Below, in pieces: positions 41,407-52,266 of a stretch of 64,000 nucleotides of DNA. A model generated the notes under the pieces. It made no database searches and was not told where the DNA came from. It saw only the letters and a list, made by a program, of their open reading frames with translations. A program made the translations under genes and the position numbers. How positions within the stretch are numbered: the first letter of the stretch is position 1; the number at the start of each line of letters is the position of its first letter. The DNA is from an uncultured Chthonomonadaceae bacterium (GTDB taxonomy: Bacteria > Armatimonadota > Chthonomonadetes > Chthonomonadales > Chthonomonadaceae), in the NCBI GenBank assembly GCA_963835065.1, contig CAWIEK010000049.1:608001-672000 (forward strand). The letters run 5' to 3'.

Positions 41407-44400
41407 TTACCTGGTAATCGGTTGCGGCAAAACCATGCGGGACGTTTCGCCTTCGGACGTGCGCGCGCTCACTTGAATCAGGTAGGTTCCTGTCGGGAGG
41501 GCGCGGCCCTGATCGTCCTTCAAGTCCCACGTTACTTGATTGGTTCCCACGGTGGCGGCGCGTCCGGTCGCCAGGCGGCGCACATGCCGCCCGGCTCCGC
41601 TCATAATGTCAACGGATACTTCCGCCGCGCCGGATATGTCGTAGGAGACAAGGGCGCTGGAAGCCACGCCCCGCGACAGGCGGGCATCCACGCGCATGTT
41701 GGAAATCAGCAGGCGTCCCGCCGTTCGGGGTTCGGCCTTGATCTGGAACTTGCGCGAAGTCGTGCCTTTGGTCGGCGTGAAGGTGTAGGAACTGGCCGAA
41801 TTCATCACGCGGCTGGTTCCGTTTTCCGTGTCCACGAGCGTCAGGCGCATGCCGCGCGGCAGTTTGCTGACGCTGTTCCACGTCAGGGTGTACGGCTGTT
41901 CGGGCGTGGGCGTATTGACGGTAACATCCCACTGCGCTTTGCTGCCGCTGCGCCGAATGTCGGATAGGAACTCGCCCACGTTGCTGCTGCCCTTGCCCGT
42001 ATCCCAATCCGCATGGGGGAAGCGAACGCTCAGGCTGGCATTGCGCGTAAACGGCGGTGGGCTGGCCGCGTCCAGACTGGGCGTGAAGCCGTCACTGCCT
42101 TTGGGGGATTGGCCGAGCAATGCGCCCGATCCATTGCCCAGACTGTCGCGCACAATCAGAGGCAATCGCCACCCGCCCACTTCGCTCGTGCCGCTGCTGG
42201 CGCGCGTCCGCTTTAATGCGCGGCTTCGCGCCTTGCCTGCCGCCAATGCGCGCCCGGTTCCCGTTGCGGGCGTCGGGTTCACATAGCTTATCGTCACGCC
42301 TTCCGTCACCAGAACGCGAATCCAATACCCTGTCCACGCCGATAGTTGATTCTGCGTCGGGCCGCTGACCGTTGTACCCGTCGTGGTCGGAGCTTGGGTA
42401 ATGTCTTGGTACGCGCCCGTGCCGGGATTGTAGCCGAACACGCCCGTCGCCACCAGTCCCGTATTAACGGCCTGCTGCAGCGTAAGCGCGTCGCCGTTCT
42501 GGTACTGTATCTGGATGCCGGGGGTATCGGCGTTGTCCTGAAAGGTCAGGTCGGCGGTATACGGGTTGCCGATCATGTTCCAGCCGAATTGCAGGGGCAC
42601 GCTGATCAAGTCCTGATCGTTTACCTGCCTGCCAATCTTGCTCAAATCCAGATTGCTGATCGCGCCCGCAAAGTTCGTCCAGAAGCTGTAGCCGGGCTGG
42701 TACAGGGGCAGGGACGGATAGCGCGTGTACTTGCCGACGCTGGCGTCCGCGTCCTGCCGGTACTGCGCAATCAGCTGCACATTGGCGTCGGGAGTGCCGG
42801 TTCCCGAACTGAACAGCAGGGGCAGGTTGCCGTTGTAGGGCTGATAGGGCTGGAGCGGCAGGGCGATCATTTGCGGCCCGTTGTTGAACGAGTGCGTTAG
42901 CTGCGCCTGCGTCGCCTGATTCAAGCCCGTGTTCAGCACGAAGATGGGCGACACGCCCGGAATCAGCGTCTGGTTCGGATTGTCCTTGCGCGTGAACGTG
43001 TTGCGCTGAAATACAATGGGCGTATTACTCCCGTCCGGGATAAAAGTCAGCGTGGCTTTGCTGAAGCCGGTAGGGATCTCGCCCATCGTGCTTTGCCCGG
43101 CGAACGCGCCAAATTTGAATAGCGCGTTCACGTTGCCGCCGCCGCCATTGAAAAGCGTTTGCAGCGTACCTGACTGCGCGCCAATCACAACGCCGGAAAA
43201 ATCCGAGGGCGCGTTGTTAAGCGTTTCCTCATTCGCCGGGAAATAAATGCGCGTGTACTCGTTGCCACCCGCAAACGCGGAACTGGCCTGACTGCTGCTG
43301 ACAGGGAAATCAATGGCGACGCGCTGCCGGTCACTGCCTGCTGCCGGGTCGCCGACGCCCGTAAAGAACGGCGAGATACTGCCCAATCCGTTCGTGATGG
43401 GTTCCTGCGCGTTGCCGTTGGACAAAATCAGGCGGTTGGCATACTGGTAATCGAAGTAAACCGGATTGGCGACGCCGCTCAGGGGCGTTTCGTTGCCGCT
43501 CTTGTCCGTGCCGTAATACGCCAGCAGAATGGACGCGCCCGCGTTGCCGCTGGAATCGGGGAAAGTAGGCGCGGGATACGCGAACAGCTTGGGACCGGGC
43601 GTGATGCTGGTATCGAAAATGTACTGCTGCATGTACCAGTTGACAAACGGCTGACCTTCCACGTTCGGCAGGACGCCGGCGGCAAGGTCGCGCAGACGAC
43701 CTGTATCCATGCTGACTGTGCCATCGGCAGTTACGGCATCATAATAGCGATTGTTGAATTTGATGAAGAAGTTGGGGTCTTCGATGTAGCACTTGGTGAA
43801 GACGGTAGACGCCATTTGCAGGCGCGGCACGAACATGCCTGCCAACCCGCCCACCGGTTGCGCTTTCAGCGCGTCCGGCAAAAAGACCGGGTTGCCCAAT
43901 GCGGGCTGATTGAGCAGGTCGTAGTAGGGCGTGTAGTAAAAGCCGGGAACCGCGTCTACAGGGTCAAGGCCGCTGATGCTGTTGAAAAAGTTGCTTGCGT
44001 TGAAGTCCTGCGCGGCGATGGTGGCTGCCGCCCGCGCAATGCCCTGATTCCATACATCGTAGCCGAAGTTTTTGGGCACGTAAAAACATTGCGCCAGCGT
44101 TTGCGCGAGGGCGAGAAACGTATCCTGATCGCTGCTGAACGTGGGCATATCAATGTTGATAACGCTGTTGGCCGCGTCCACCACAATAATCGCGCCGCGT
44201 ACGCTCTGATTCTGCGTGGCAATATCAGGATCGAAATTGTTGATGTTGACGGTAAAATTGGAAAACGGCGCTCCAAGAATTTTTTTGAGTTCCCCGTACA
44301 GCGCAGGCGTTCCGTTGACATTCTGCAAAAACGCGCTCAGGGAGCGGTACGTCTTGCTGTTGGTGTCGAAGGCATTTGTTCCCTGCGTGACGATGTTGAT

Positions 44401-44814
44401 TTGCAGGTTATTGCCGGCAGGCACATCGCGGGATACGCTCCGTTTTGCCTGCGGCGTCACCAACCGTCCGTTTTGCCTTAAATACACCATCTGCACGAGC
44501 GGGAATTGGCCGGTAGGCTTGAGCAGATGCCGACGGCGCATCTGGTCAATTTCGCGCGCCAAAATGGTGGTTTGGGCGCTCAAGGTTGACCGAACTTTGG
44601 TTTTCACGGCGCGCTGTACGGCAGCCGTATCGCTGGCATCCTTGACATCCACGATGATACCGGACTGCGGGCCGTTGCTTACAGTACGAAAACGCTGGTT
44701 GATGACATTGTGGTAAGGCTGCTGCGCGCGGGTAAGCGTTGGCGCTGCCAATGCGGACGCCGACAAGGACAGGGCGGCGGTCACGCGCAGGGCGCGAAAG
44801 GGAAATCCGTTCAA
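41407..44814 (-). CDS. Large secreted protein with C-terminal FlgD Ig-like domain
   Basis: Signal peptide; ends GRHVRRL...VTWDLKDDQGRALPTGTYLIQV; TTG start after GGAGG. Confidence 0.8.
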   Translation of the reverse strand: MNGFPFRALRVTAALSLSASALAAPTLTRAQQPYHNVINQRFRTVSNGPQSGIIVDVKDASDTAAVQRAVKTKVRSTLSAQTTILAREIDQMRRRHLLKPTGQFPLVQMVYLRQNGRLVTPQAKRSVSRDVPAGNNLQINIVTQGTNAFDTNSKTYRSLSAFLQNVNGTPALYGELKKILGAPFSNFTVNINNFDPDIATQNQSVRGAIIVVDAANSVINIDMPTFSSDQDTFLALAQTLAQCFYVPKNFGYDVWNQGIARAAATIAAQDFNASNFFNSISGLDPVDAVPGFYYTPYYDLLNQPALGNPVFLPDALKAQPVGGLAGMFVPRLQMASTVFTKCYIEDPNFFIKFNNRYYDAVTADGTVSMDTGRLRDLAAGVLPNVEGQPFVNWYMQQYIFDTSITPGPKLFAYPAPTFPDSSGNAGASILLAYYGTDKSGNETPLSGVANPVYFDYQYANRLILSNGNAQEPITNGLGSISPFFTGVGDPAAGSDRQRVAIDFPVSSSQASSAFAGGNEYTRIYFPANEETLNNAPSDFSGVVIGAQSGTLQTLFNGGGGNVNALFKFGAFAGQSTMGEIPTGFSKATLTFIPDGSNTPIVFQRNTFTRKDNPNQTLIPGVSPIFVLNTGLNQATQAQLTHSFNNGPQMIALPLQPYQPYNGNLPLLFSSGTGTPDANVQLIAQYRQDADASVGKYTRYPSLPLYQPGYSFWTNFAGAISNLDLSKIGRQVNDQDLISVPLQFGWNMIGNPYTADLTFQDNADTPGIQIQYQNGDALTLQQAVNTGLVATGVFGYNPGTGAYQDITQAPTTTGTTVSGPTQNQLSAWTGYWIRVLVTEGVTISYVNPTPATGTGRALAAGKARSRALKRTRASSGTSEVGGWRLPLIVRDSLGNGSGALLGQSPKGSDGFTPSLDAASPPPFTRNASLSVRFPHADWDTGKGSSNVGEFLSDIRRSGSKAQWDVTVNTPTPEQPYTLTWNSVSKLPRGMRLTLVDTENGTSRVMNSASSYTFTPTKGTTSRKFQIKAEPRTAGRLLISNMRVDARLSRGVASSALVSYDISGAAEVSVDIMSGAGRHVRRLATGRAATVGTNQVTWDLKDDQGRALPTGTYLIQVSARTSEGETSRMVLPQPITR

Positions 44815-45199
44815 GCGTAAATCCTCCGGGAAGAAGGGCCGAGGGGGTTGGCTCCGCAATCCTGCGTTTTGGGAAGACGATTGGGAACCGGGCCGAGGGT
44901 TAATGCGCCGGGATGGGGAAAAGGGCGCGAAACCGAATATGCAGCGTGGCATTCACGCAGCAAGCACACCCTCATTGTAGCAAACGCAGGCGATTGTGTC
45001 AAGGGGCGCGCGATGTTTTCGTTTACCGATCTGCCTATGCAGGCGTCATGTCCATTGCCGGAGTCGTGCAGGCGCTGTAAAATGAGCAGGAATCAGAAGC
45101 AGAAACCTAGAATCTAATTTGCAAGTGTGCCCGATAGCCACGACGAATATATCTTTCCCTGCGTTGTTCCTGTTGCGCAAGAGAGGTGAACTGCCTGCG

Positions 45200-46561
45200 A
45201 TGTACGTCCAATCCCTGCATTTAGAAAATATCAAAGCCTTTGATAAACTAGACATTGAATTCACACACCAAAGAGACTATGGTTCTTCTTATGCAGGTTT
45301 GAACGTATTTGTAGGCGGTAACTCATCGGGAAAATCCACTCTGCTCAAGTCTATGGCAATGGCGATTTCCGGTCCAACAGTCGCCAATCAGCAACTGATC
45401 ACGCCTGCAGGCTGGATATATAGGGGGGCCAAGCGTGGCGTAATCGAGTTAAAAGTGCATTGGGACCCTGTATACGACTCGCTACGAGGTGGAGGTAAAT
45501 CGCCTGCGGGAGATGGCTTTTCCGTTGGGTTGGCTTTCGAGACTGAGCAGGATGCTTCTGCTACCGTATTGAAGTCAAAAGATTACTACACTCCCAGACG
45601 CACGAAACTTATTTCGGCAGACCGAGGCCCGTGGAATGCAGATACGACGGGTTGGCTGCTCGGAGCTTATGGCCCTATGCGTCGTCTAACCGGTAGTTCT
45701 ACTGAAGCGCTTAGATATCAGCTAGGGCGGGGCAAACTGGCGAGTTGTGTCACACTTTTTCGGGAGGATGCTGCCCTCAGCGAAAGTGAAACTTGGCTTA
45801 AACAGGAGTATGCACGTGCACTTGAGCAGCAAAGCCAAGACCGTATTCCTTCTCCGTTCGTTGCACAGGTCCAGGCATTCCTCAACGATGGCTTGCTTCC
45901 CAAAAGTTTCCATATTGCAAAAGTTTCCGTAGATCATGTATACATGACAACACCGAACGGCGGCGACTTGCCCATGCGTGACCTGAGTGATGGCTGCCGT
46001 AGCGCGTTTGCGCTGATGCTGGACATCATACACAGCATGGCGTTAGCCTATCCCGGCAAAGTTATCTTTGAACAGGACGAACAGGGGCGCATGGTTGTCA
46101 ATAAACCGGGCGTCATTCTGATTGATGAAATCGAAGCGCACCTGCATCCCTCGTGGCAGCGTCTGATTTGCGAATGGCTGAAAACTCGCTTTCCACAGGT
46201 TCAGTTTTTCCTCACCACGCACAGCCCGCTCATTGCACAAGCCGCTGATGAAGGAGGTTTGTTTGTTCTGCCTCTGCCCGATGAGATAACTTCCAAGCGT
46301 GGTATTCGCCGCCTCAGTCCGCATGAGCAGAAGCGCATTACGCTCGGCAGTGCAGAAAAGGTGCTTCTTGGCGCTGCGTTCGGACTCAAACACACTTGGA
46401 GTCCGCGCGCGGAACGGCTTGTTGATAGTTGGGAGCGCCTCGCCGCACAGCGTGACGCCAGAGGGAGCCTGCCGCCGGAAGAGGAGAAAGAATACCAAGA
46501 GCTATCAGATCAGGTGGAAATCGTGTTCGATGACCTGCCGGAAGAAATAGTTCATGCGTAA
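45200..46561 (+). CDS. ABC-type (AAA_21) ATPase, PtuA-like
   Basis: Walker A GGNSSGKST, LSDG signature, Walker B LIDEIEAHLHP, TTHSP. Confidence 0.9.
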   Translation: MYVQSLHLENIKAFDKLDIEFTHQRDYGSSYAGLNVFVGGNSSGKSTLLKSMAMAISGPTVANQQLITPAGWIYRGAKRGVIELKVHWDPVYDSLRGGGKSPAGDGFSVGLAFETEQDASATVLKSKDYYTPRRTKLISADRGPWNADTTGWLLGAYGPMRRLTGSSTEALRYQLGRGKLASCVTLFREDAALSESETWLKQEYARALEQQSQDRIPSPFVAQVQAFLNDGLLPKSFHIAKVSVDHVYMTTPNGGDLPMRDLSDGCRSAFALMLDIIHSMALAYPGKVIFEQDEQGRMVVNKPGVILIDEIEAHLHPSWQRLICEWLKTRFPQVQFFLTTHSPLIAQAADEGGLFVLPLPDEITSKRGIRRLSPHEQKRITLGSAEKVLLGAAFGLKHTWSPRAERLVDSWERLAAQRDARGSLPPEEEKEYQELSDQVEIVFDDLPEEIVHA

Positions 46562-47303
46562 CTTTCCGCCTCGCCCGATTCTTGCACCCGTTGTTCAAAC
46601 GCTATTGCTGGAGAAAAGCAATCATATTCTTGCCATAACGGATCAAAAGGAAAAAAAGCAGAGGGCGCGTAATACCTACGAGGCCACCCGCAAAACCCAA
46701 TGGTTTAAGCCGGTGGTAGACGCTTTGCGCAGCCTGTGCGGAGAGGGCGAACTGTGTATGTATTGCAGTTCCAATGAGCCGTCACAGGTAGAACATTACC
46801 GTCCGCTATCCACTTTTCCAGAGCAGGCGTTTCGTTATGAAAACTACCTCTGGACATGCGACATCTGCAACAGAACGTATAAAGGCGAACGATTTCCGCC
46901 GGATACGGAGCCGGGAGAACAGATATTGAACCCACTGGAGGATAATGTATGGGACTACTTTTTCCTCAGCGAGCAAAACGGGCGCTTGCTGCGAAAGTTT
47001 GACACTAAACTTAACGCTTATGTGCCTCGCGCTGTGAGTACCTGCGATGTGGTTGGCATTAACAGGGAGAACGTCCAGAAGAAGCGCCAACACCGCTTCC
47101 GTCGGCTTCGTCTGAATATGGAAGACGCCCTGAACAAGTTCCATGCCGGAACGCTTTCACAGGTGGAATTACGCGAGGAAATTGCTGTACTACGCGCCGA
47201 ACCGTTTCAGGCCGATGTTGCCGACTATTTTCTCAACGGTCCCGGCCGTGTACAGGAGCCTTTCCTATCAGCGCTCTTTCATGCGGGAGAGACAGTACCT
47301 TGA
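46554..47303 (+). CDS. HNH endonuclease, PtuB-like
   Basis: CMYC, VEHYRP, YENYLWTCDICN; 8-nt overlap with ATPase. Confidence 0.88.
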   Translation: MRNFPPRPILAPVVQTLLLEKSNHILAITDQKEKKQRARNTYEATRKTQWFKPVVDALRSLCGEGELCMYCSSNEPSQVEHYRPLSTFPEQAFRYENYLWTCDICNRTYKGERFPPDTEPGEQILNPLEDNVWDYFFLSEQNGRLLRKFDTKLNAYVPRAVSTCDVVGINRENVQKKRQHRFRRLRLNMEDALNKFHAGTLSQVELREEIAVLRAEPFQADVADYFLNGPGRVQEPFLSALFHAGETVP

Positions 47304-47355
47304 AAGTAACTTAAAAGATGGACATTATCAAGCCGAAATAGCGGCGCGTTCTGCG

Positions 47356-48405
47356 CTACCGATGCTGCAAGAGCCAGAACGCGCCTGCTGCCACGCCTAC
47401 AATCACCGTCGCGTAGAAGAGGGCGAACGCTTCGCTGCGGTCATAGCGGAACTGGCGCAGGTTCATGCCGATGACCACAATGGCGATGGGAACCAGGGCG
47501 GGCAGGGCAATCGCGGTAAACGCCACCACCAGCATATACAAAGACAGCGTGGCGCACAGAACCACGAACGTATTCCACGCGGGAACGCCAAAGCGCTTGA
47601 AACACGCGAAAAACAGCGCCATGAACAGAAAATCCGCAAAGCCGATTTGAAGCTGCAAGGGCGACGACCCTCTGGCGGCATGCGTGGCCGGGATCTGCAC
47701 GGTCAGGCTGGTCATGGCGACCTGCGCAAGCGGCGATTGCCCGCTGATGGCTTTATGCACCACGCCCACACTGCTGAACACGGCCATGATGTCTACCAGT
47801 CCCAGCACCACGCCGGCGGGCATCAACAGCTTCATCTCCTTGATTAAGCGCGAAATCCCTACCCCAATACACGCCGCCAGCCACATCACCAGCAGTTCTT
47901 TCAGCCCCAACACATGCGCGAGGAGGATGGTGTATTGCCTGTACACCGGCCCCACCTGCGGCCAGCCGCTCCAACGGGGTATCAGCGCAAACAAAACCGG
48001 AACGCCCACTATCGGCAGCGCAAACAAACCCGCCAGCGCGAAATTCAGAATAAGAGTTTGTGGCCTTACCAGCGCCCGCGCCACGCGCACCGTGAACACA
48101 AGCATCAGCACCATTGCCGCCAGCGTGACGAAAACCGTTGACGTGACGCTGAACGGCAGCAGGGTGGAAACCCGAAAAAAGACAAGATACAGCAGGGCGG
48201 TGGCAATCGCGTACCAGCCCTCGTTATTCGGTTTGAGCGCGGGAGGATTGGCCGCTATCCAATCTCCCTGCTCGTCGGCTTTCCCGTTTTCAGCAGAAGG
48301 AGCCGCATACAGCGCCGCATACTCCTCCGTTGAGATTGCGGTAGAGGCTTTGGGTGCAACATCGTTTGGCACAGTATCGCCGGGTTCTGAAGGTGTGTTA
48401 GTCAT
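47356..48405 (-). CDS. Polytopic membrane protein, presenilin/signal-peptide-peptidase-like aspartyl protease candidate
   Basis: About nine hydrophobic segments; LVDIMAVF, IGFADF, LPAL in the correct order. Confidence 0.65.
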   Translation of the reverse strand: MTNTPSEPGDTVPNDVAPKASTAISTEEYAALYAAPSAENGKADEQGDWIAANPPALKPNNEGWYAIATALLYLVFFRVSTLLPFSVTSTVFVTLAAMVLMLVFTVRVARALVRPQTLILNFALAGLFALPIVGVPVLFALIPRWSGWPQVGPVYRQYTILLAHVLGLKELLVMWLAACIGVGISRLIKEMKLLMPAGVVLGLVDIMAVFSSVGVVHKAISGQSPLAQVAMTSLTVQIPATHAARGSSPLQLQIGFADFLFMALFFACFKRFGVPAWNTFVVLCATLSLYMLVVAFTAIALPALVPIAIVVIGMNLRQFRYDRSEAFALFYATVIVGVAAGAFWLLQHR

Positions 48406-48519
48406 TCGTTAAATTAATCCATGCGCTGCCCGACTGCCGCAGTTCTTGCAGCGTTACGGGGCTTTATGCAATTTCATGCGTTTTTAGCCTGTACGCGCAA
48501 CAAAAACACGCGGCAGGCT

Positions 48520-48549
48520 TTGACAAATCACGTTCGGATATTATATAAT
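48520..48549 (+). promoter_or_regulatory. Consensus sigma70 promoter ~530 nt upstream of the ANTAR regulator
   Basis: TTGACA...TATAAT. Confidence 0.65.
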
Positions 48550-49080
48550 AGCTTAGTATCCGCGTCAAGGCGCGTTTTCTCTTTTCGACCTGATACTTTC
48601 CTGCTCTATCCGGCTTTTTTGCTGTTCCTGCACAACCCGCGCGGTTCCAACGTTGAAACCGCTGCGTTATTTTCGCTTTGCTTTACCGACAAGCTTGCTT
48701 CCGCGGTGCTGCAATTCGCCCTGCGCCTGCCTTTCAGTCGCGTTAAAAGCGGCTGACGGCTGTTGCCGGTTTGTATGCGCTCCCCGCCTCGCTCGCGGAA
48801 TGAACGGCGCTGAAATGGTTTGGCGTTTGTTCATTTTGCCCCAAACGTCTTCCGCGCTTTGCCCCTCCGCCCTTCGGCTTGACGGATGCGTGTTTTCTTT
48901 TCTCTCCCTTCGCGCGCTGCCCACCTGTTTCAGACTGCAACATTAACAGTAAAGGCGCAAAAGCAAGAGCGCCTCCTATACGCGAACTCTTAAACTCTGA
49001 GAACACCGAACGTAATACCATAGAACCCTAAAACCCTAAAACCTTAAAACCCTGATGCTTTACTTCTACGGAGAACCATT

Positions 49081-49662
49081 GTGAACGACAAACCCTTGCG
49101 TATCGTCATTGCCGATGACGAACCCATCATACGCTTAGACTTGAAAAAAATGCTGGAAGATTGCGGGTACGACGTAGTAGGCGAGGCCGGGGATGGCGTC
49201 CGCGCGCTGGACGCCGCGCGCAATCTCAAACCGGACGTGATGATTCTGGACATCAAAATGCCGGAAATGGACGGAATTGACGCCGCCAAAATCATTACGG
49301 AAGAAAAAATTGCTCCGGTCCTGCTGCTCACGGCGTACAGCCAGCTTGACCTTGTAAACCGCGCCAAAGAAGCGGGGGTGTTTTCCTATCTGGTCAAGCC
49401 TTTCAAAGAGGCCGACCTTATGCCGCAAATCGAAGTGGCCGTTGCCCGGTGGGGCGCGTTTCAGCGCATCGAAGAGCAGGCCGCCGATCTGGAAGACAAG
49501 TTGGAAACTCGCAAATCCGTAGACCGCGCCAAAGGCATCCTGATGGACCAGTACGGCTTGAAGGAACAGGAAGCCTTTCGCCGCATCCAGGTGCAAAGCA
49601 TGAACACGCGCAAGTCCATGCGCGAAATCGCCGAAGCTATCATCATTGCGCATAACGTTTGA
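49081..49662 (+). CDS. REC-ANTAR response regulator (PdtaR/EutV-like)
   Basis: IADDE, LDIKMP, LETRKSVDRAKGILM...EAFRRIQ. Confidence 0.93.
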   Translation: MNDKPLRIVIADDEPIIRLDLKKMLEDCGYDVVGEAGDGVRALDAARNLKPDVMILDIKMPEMDGIDAAKIITEEKIAPVLLLTAYSQLDLVNRAKEAGVFSYLVKPFKEADLMPQIEVAVARWGAFQRIEEQAADLEDKLETRKSVDRAKGILMDQYGLKEQEAFRRIQVQSMNTRKSMREIAEAIIIAHNV

Positions 49663-49663
49663 G

Positions 49664-49781
49664 AAGTAGCCAGTAGTCAGTAGTCAGTAGAAGAACCCTT
49701 CCTGTAAACTGCTTTTGAAATGCAACGTCTTGAGGAGACAGGCATTTCTACTGGCTACTGACTACTGACTACTGGCTACTT
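49664..49781. repeat. Inverted heptamer arrays (CAGTAG[TC]), 53-nt loop
   Basis: Read directly. Confidence 0.88.
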
Positions 49782-49786
49782 GTCTT

Positions 49787-51563
49787 ATGAAACACCCTCG
49801 CCTACCCGCTTCCTGGCGTTCGCGCCGCCTGACATCCGCGCTGCGCCGCAGCGACAACCCGGATGTCGCCCTGCTTCAGCAGGAGTTAGAAAATCGTGAC
49901 CGCCGGATACGCGATATGGCGCTGTCCGAACAGCAACTCCGCGCCGAATTGGAAGAAAAAAAGGGCGAAGCCGAAGCCTTGCGGCGCGTTGGCGAAGCTA
50001 TGGGGTCGGCTTTTGACACCGAAGAGATGCTCAAGGTCACAGCCGACATCGCCATTCGCATTACGGAAACAGACTCGTGCCAGGTGTACTTGATAGACAA
50101 AGCGCGGCATGAATTGGTTTTACGCGCGGCGGACTCCAGCTTTTCGCACATGGTCGGCAAAATTCGCTTAAAAATGGGACAGGGCATCACGGGTTGGGTC
50201 GCCCGCGAGCGCAAGCCGGTCATGGTCAGCCACAAAGCGTATGAGGATCACCGCTTTATCTTTTTTCCCGAAATGCACGAGGGCGAGTACGAGTCCATTT
50301 TGTCGGTTCCTCTGGTGACGCGGGGTGAAATACTGGGCGTTATCAATGTGCGAACCCGCCAGCCCAATGTGTACACGCAGAATCAGGTGCGGCTGCTGTC
50401 GGGGATCGCCAATCAAGTGGCGGGCGCGATTGAAAAATCCCGGCGCTTTCGGCAGTTGGAGCGCCATGCCGTGCAGCTGCATACCCTCTCGGAAGTGAGT
50501 CAGGCGATTACCTCCAATATGTATCTGGAGGAACTGCTGTCACTGTTTGTCCGCCTGACCGCCCGCACGATGCAGTATAAAATCTGCACCGTGATGCTTG
50601 TAGACGAAACCAAGCGCGAACTGGTCATCAAGGCGACGCAGGCCGACAGCAATGAATACGCGCAAAAGCCCAATCTCAAAGTCGGGGAAAGCGTTGCAGG
50701 GACGGGTTGTGGCGGAAAAGCGCATCATCACTCTTGCCGATGTGCAGAAAGCCCCCGATTACAACTTCCCCGACATTGCGCAGCGAGCGGGCGTCCGCTC
50801 GCTTGCCAGCATCCCCCTGATGATGAAGGGCGAGGCCATTGGCGCGCTCAACTGCTACACGGAAAAAGTCCACACCTTCACGATGGAAGAACTTGCAATT
50901 TTGCAGGCGCTCGCAACGCAGGCCGCGCTTGCCATTGACCATGCCAAACTGATGGTGAAGTCCGCCGTGATACAGGAAATGCACCACCGCGTCAAGAACA
51001 ACTTGCAGCAGATCGTCAGCTTGGTGCGCCTGGAAATGCGCTACTCGAAATACACGACGGTTGAAGACGCGCTCAACGATACCTTGAACCGTATACTGGC
51101 GATTTCCAGCGTCCATGAACTGCTGACACGCGACGATCTGGACACGGTAAGCATGAAAAAAGTGGCGGAAAGCATCATTCACGCCACACAGCAATCGGTT
51201 GTGCCGCCCGGCAAAACGATTTATACGACGGTGGAAGGCGACGACTTCATTCTGCCGCTCGCCAAAGCCACGTCTATGGCGCTCGTCCTGAACGAGCTGG
51301 TACAAAACGCGGTGGAGCATGGCTTCAAAACGCTCAATGACGGGCGCATCCACATCTTTTTGGGTGAAACGTCAACCGAACTGCGCGTTTTCGTCACCAA
51401 CGATGGCGCAACCCTGCCCCCCGGCTTCACCTTCAAAAGCAGCGACAGCCTGGGCCTGTCCATCGTGGAAACCCTCGTGCGCGGCGATCTCAACGGAACC
51501 TTCACGCTGGAAAACGAACCGGACGGCAAAAGCATCACCGCCAGTGTCATTGTTCCGCGCTAA
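49787..51563 (+). CDS. GAF-GAF-HisKA_2 histidine kinase (PdtaS/EutW-like), +1 frameshift near 50700
   Basis: GQGITGWVA, EMHHRVKNNLQ, NELVQNAVEHG, SLGLSIV. Confidence 0.88.
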
Positions 51564-51622
51564 CTTCATAAGCATGCTTCACGAAGTTTGGGTACACTAA
51601 ACAAAATCGTAAAGGAAACATC

Positions 51623-52240
51623 ATGACAGTCGCAGCGCTAACCGCTTCTGTGCCGCGCCGCATGACGTTCGAGGAGTTCCTTGAATGGGCGGACGAGGAT
51701 GTTCATGCGGAATGGGTGAATGGAGAGATTGAGTTTATGAGTCCGGCTTCTTTTCAGCATCAGGATTTGGTTGGCTTCCTGACCGCTTTGCTGCGCCTTC
51801 TCGCTGAGGTACGCCAGTTGGGCAAAGTGGTAGGCCAGCCCTTCATAATGAAAACCGGTGTTCATCTGCCGGGACGAGAGCCGGACATTTTGTTTATCGC
51901 CACTGCCAATCTGCATCGTATCCAGCGCAACTATCTGGACGGCCCTGCGGATTTGGTGATTGAAATTGTCAGCCCGGAAAGCCAGACGCGCGACAGAAGA
52001 ATCAAAACTGAAGAGTATCGGCAGGGTGGCGTACCAGAGTACTGGACGCTGGACCCCATGCAACAGGAGGCGATTTTTCGTCTGTTGCAGGCGGATGGAA
52101 CTTACCTTCAGATACAGCCGGACGAAAACGGCATCTATCACTCCTCAGCCATGCCGGGATTGTGGATCAACGTCAATTGGCTCTGGCAAAACCCGTTGCC
52201 TGGAATTTTATCCATTCTCCGGCTATGGGGCCTGGTTTAA
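51623..52240 (+). CDS. Uma2-family endonuclease (short type)
   Basis: MTFEEFL, EPDILF, LVIEIVSP, GVPEYW. Confidence 0.92.
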   Translation: MTVAALTASVPRRMTFEEFLEWADEDVHAEWVNGEIEFMSPASFQHQDLVGFLTALLRLLAEVRQLGKVVGQPFIMKTGVHLPGREPDILFIATANLHRIQRNYLDGPADLVIEIVSPESQTRDRRIKTEEYRQGGVPEYWTLDPMQQEAIFRLLQADGTYLQIQPDENGIYHSSAMPGLWINVNWLWQNPLPGILSILRLWGLV

Positions 52241-52266
52241 CTTTGCAGGATAATGAGTAACCTAAA

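Noticed and set aside
44950..47303. Retron
   Set aside because: No reverse transcriptase or recognisable msr-msd inverted repeats
48653..48946. Cys-rich 97-aa ORF in the ANTAR leader
   Set aside because: No RBS or motif; composition reflects the pyrimidine-rich strand
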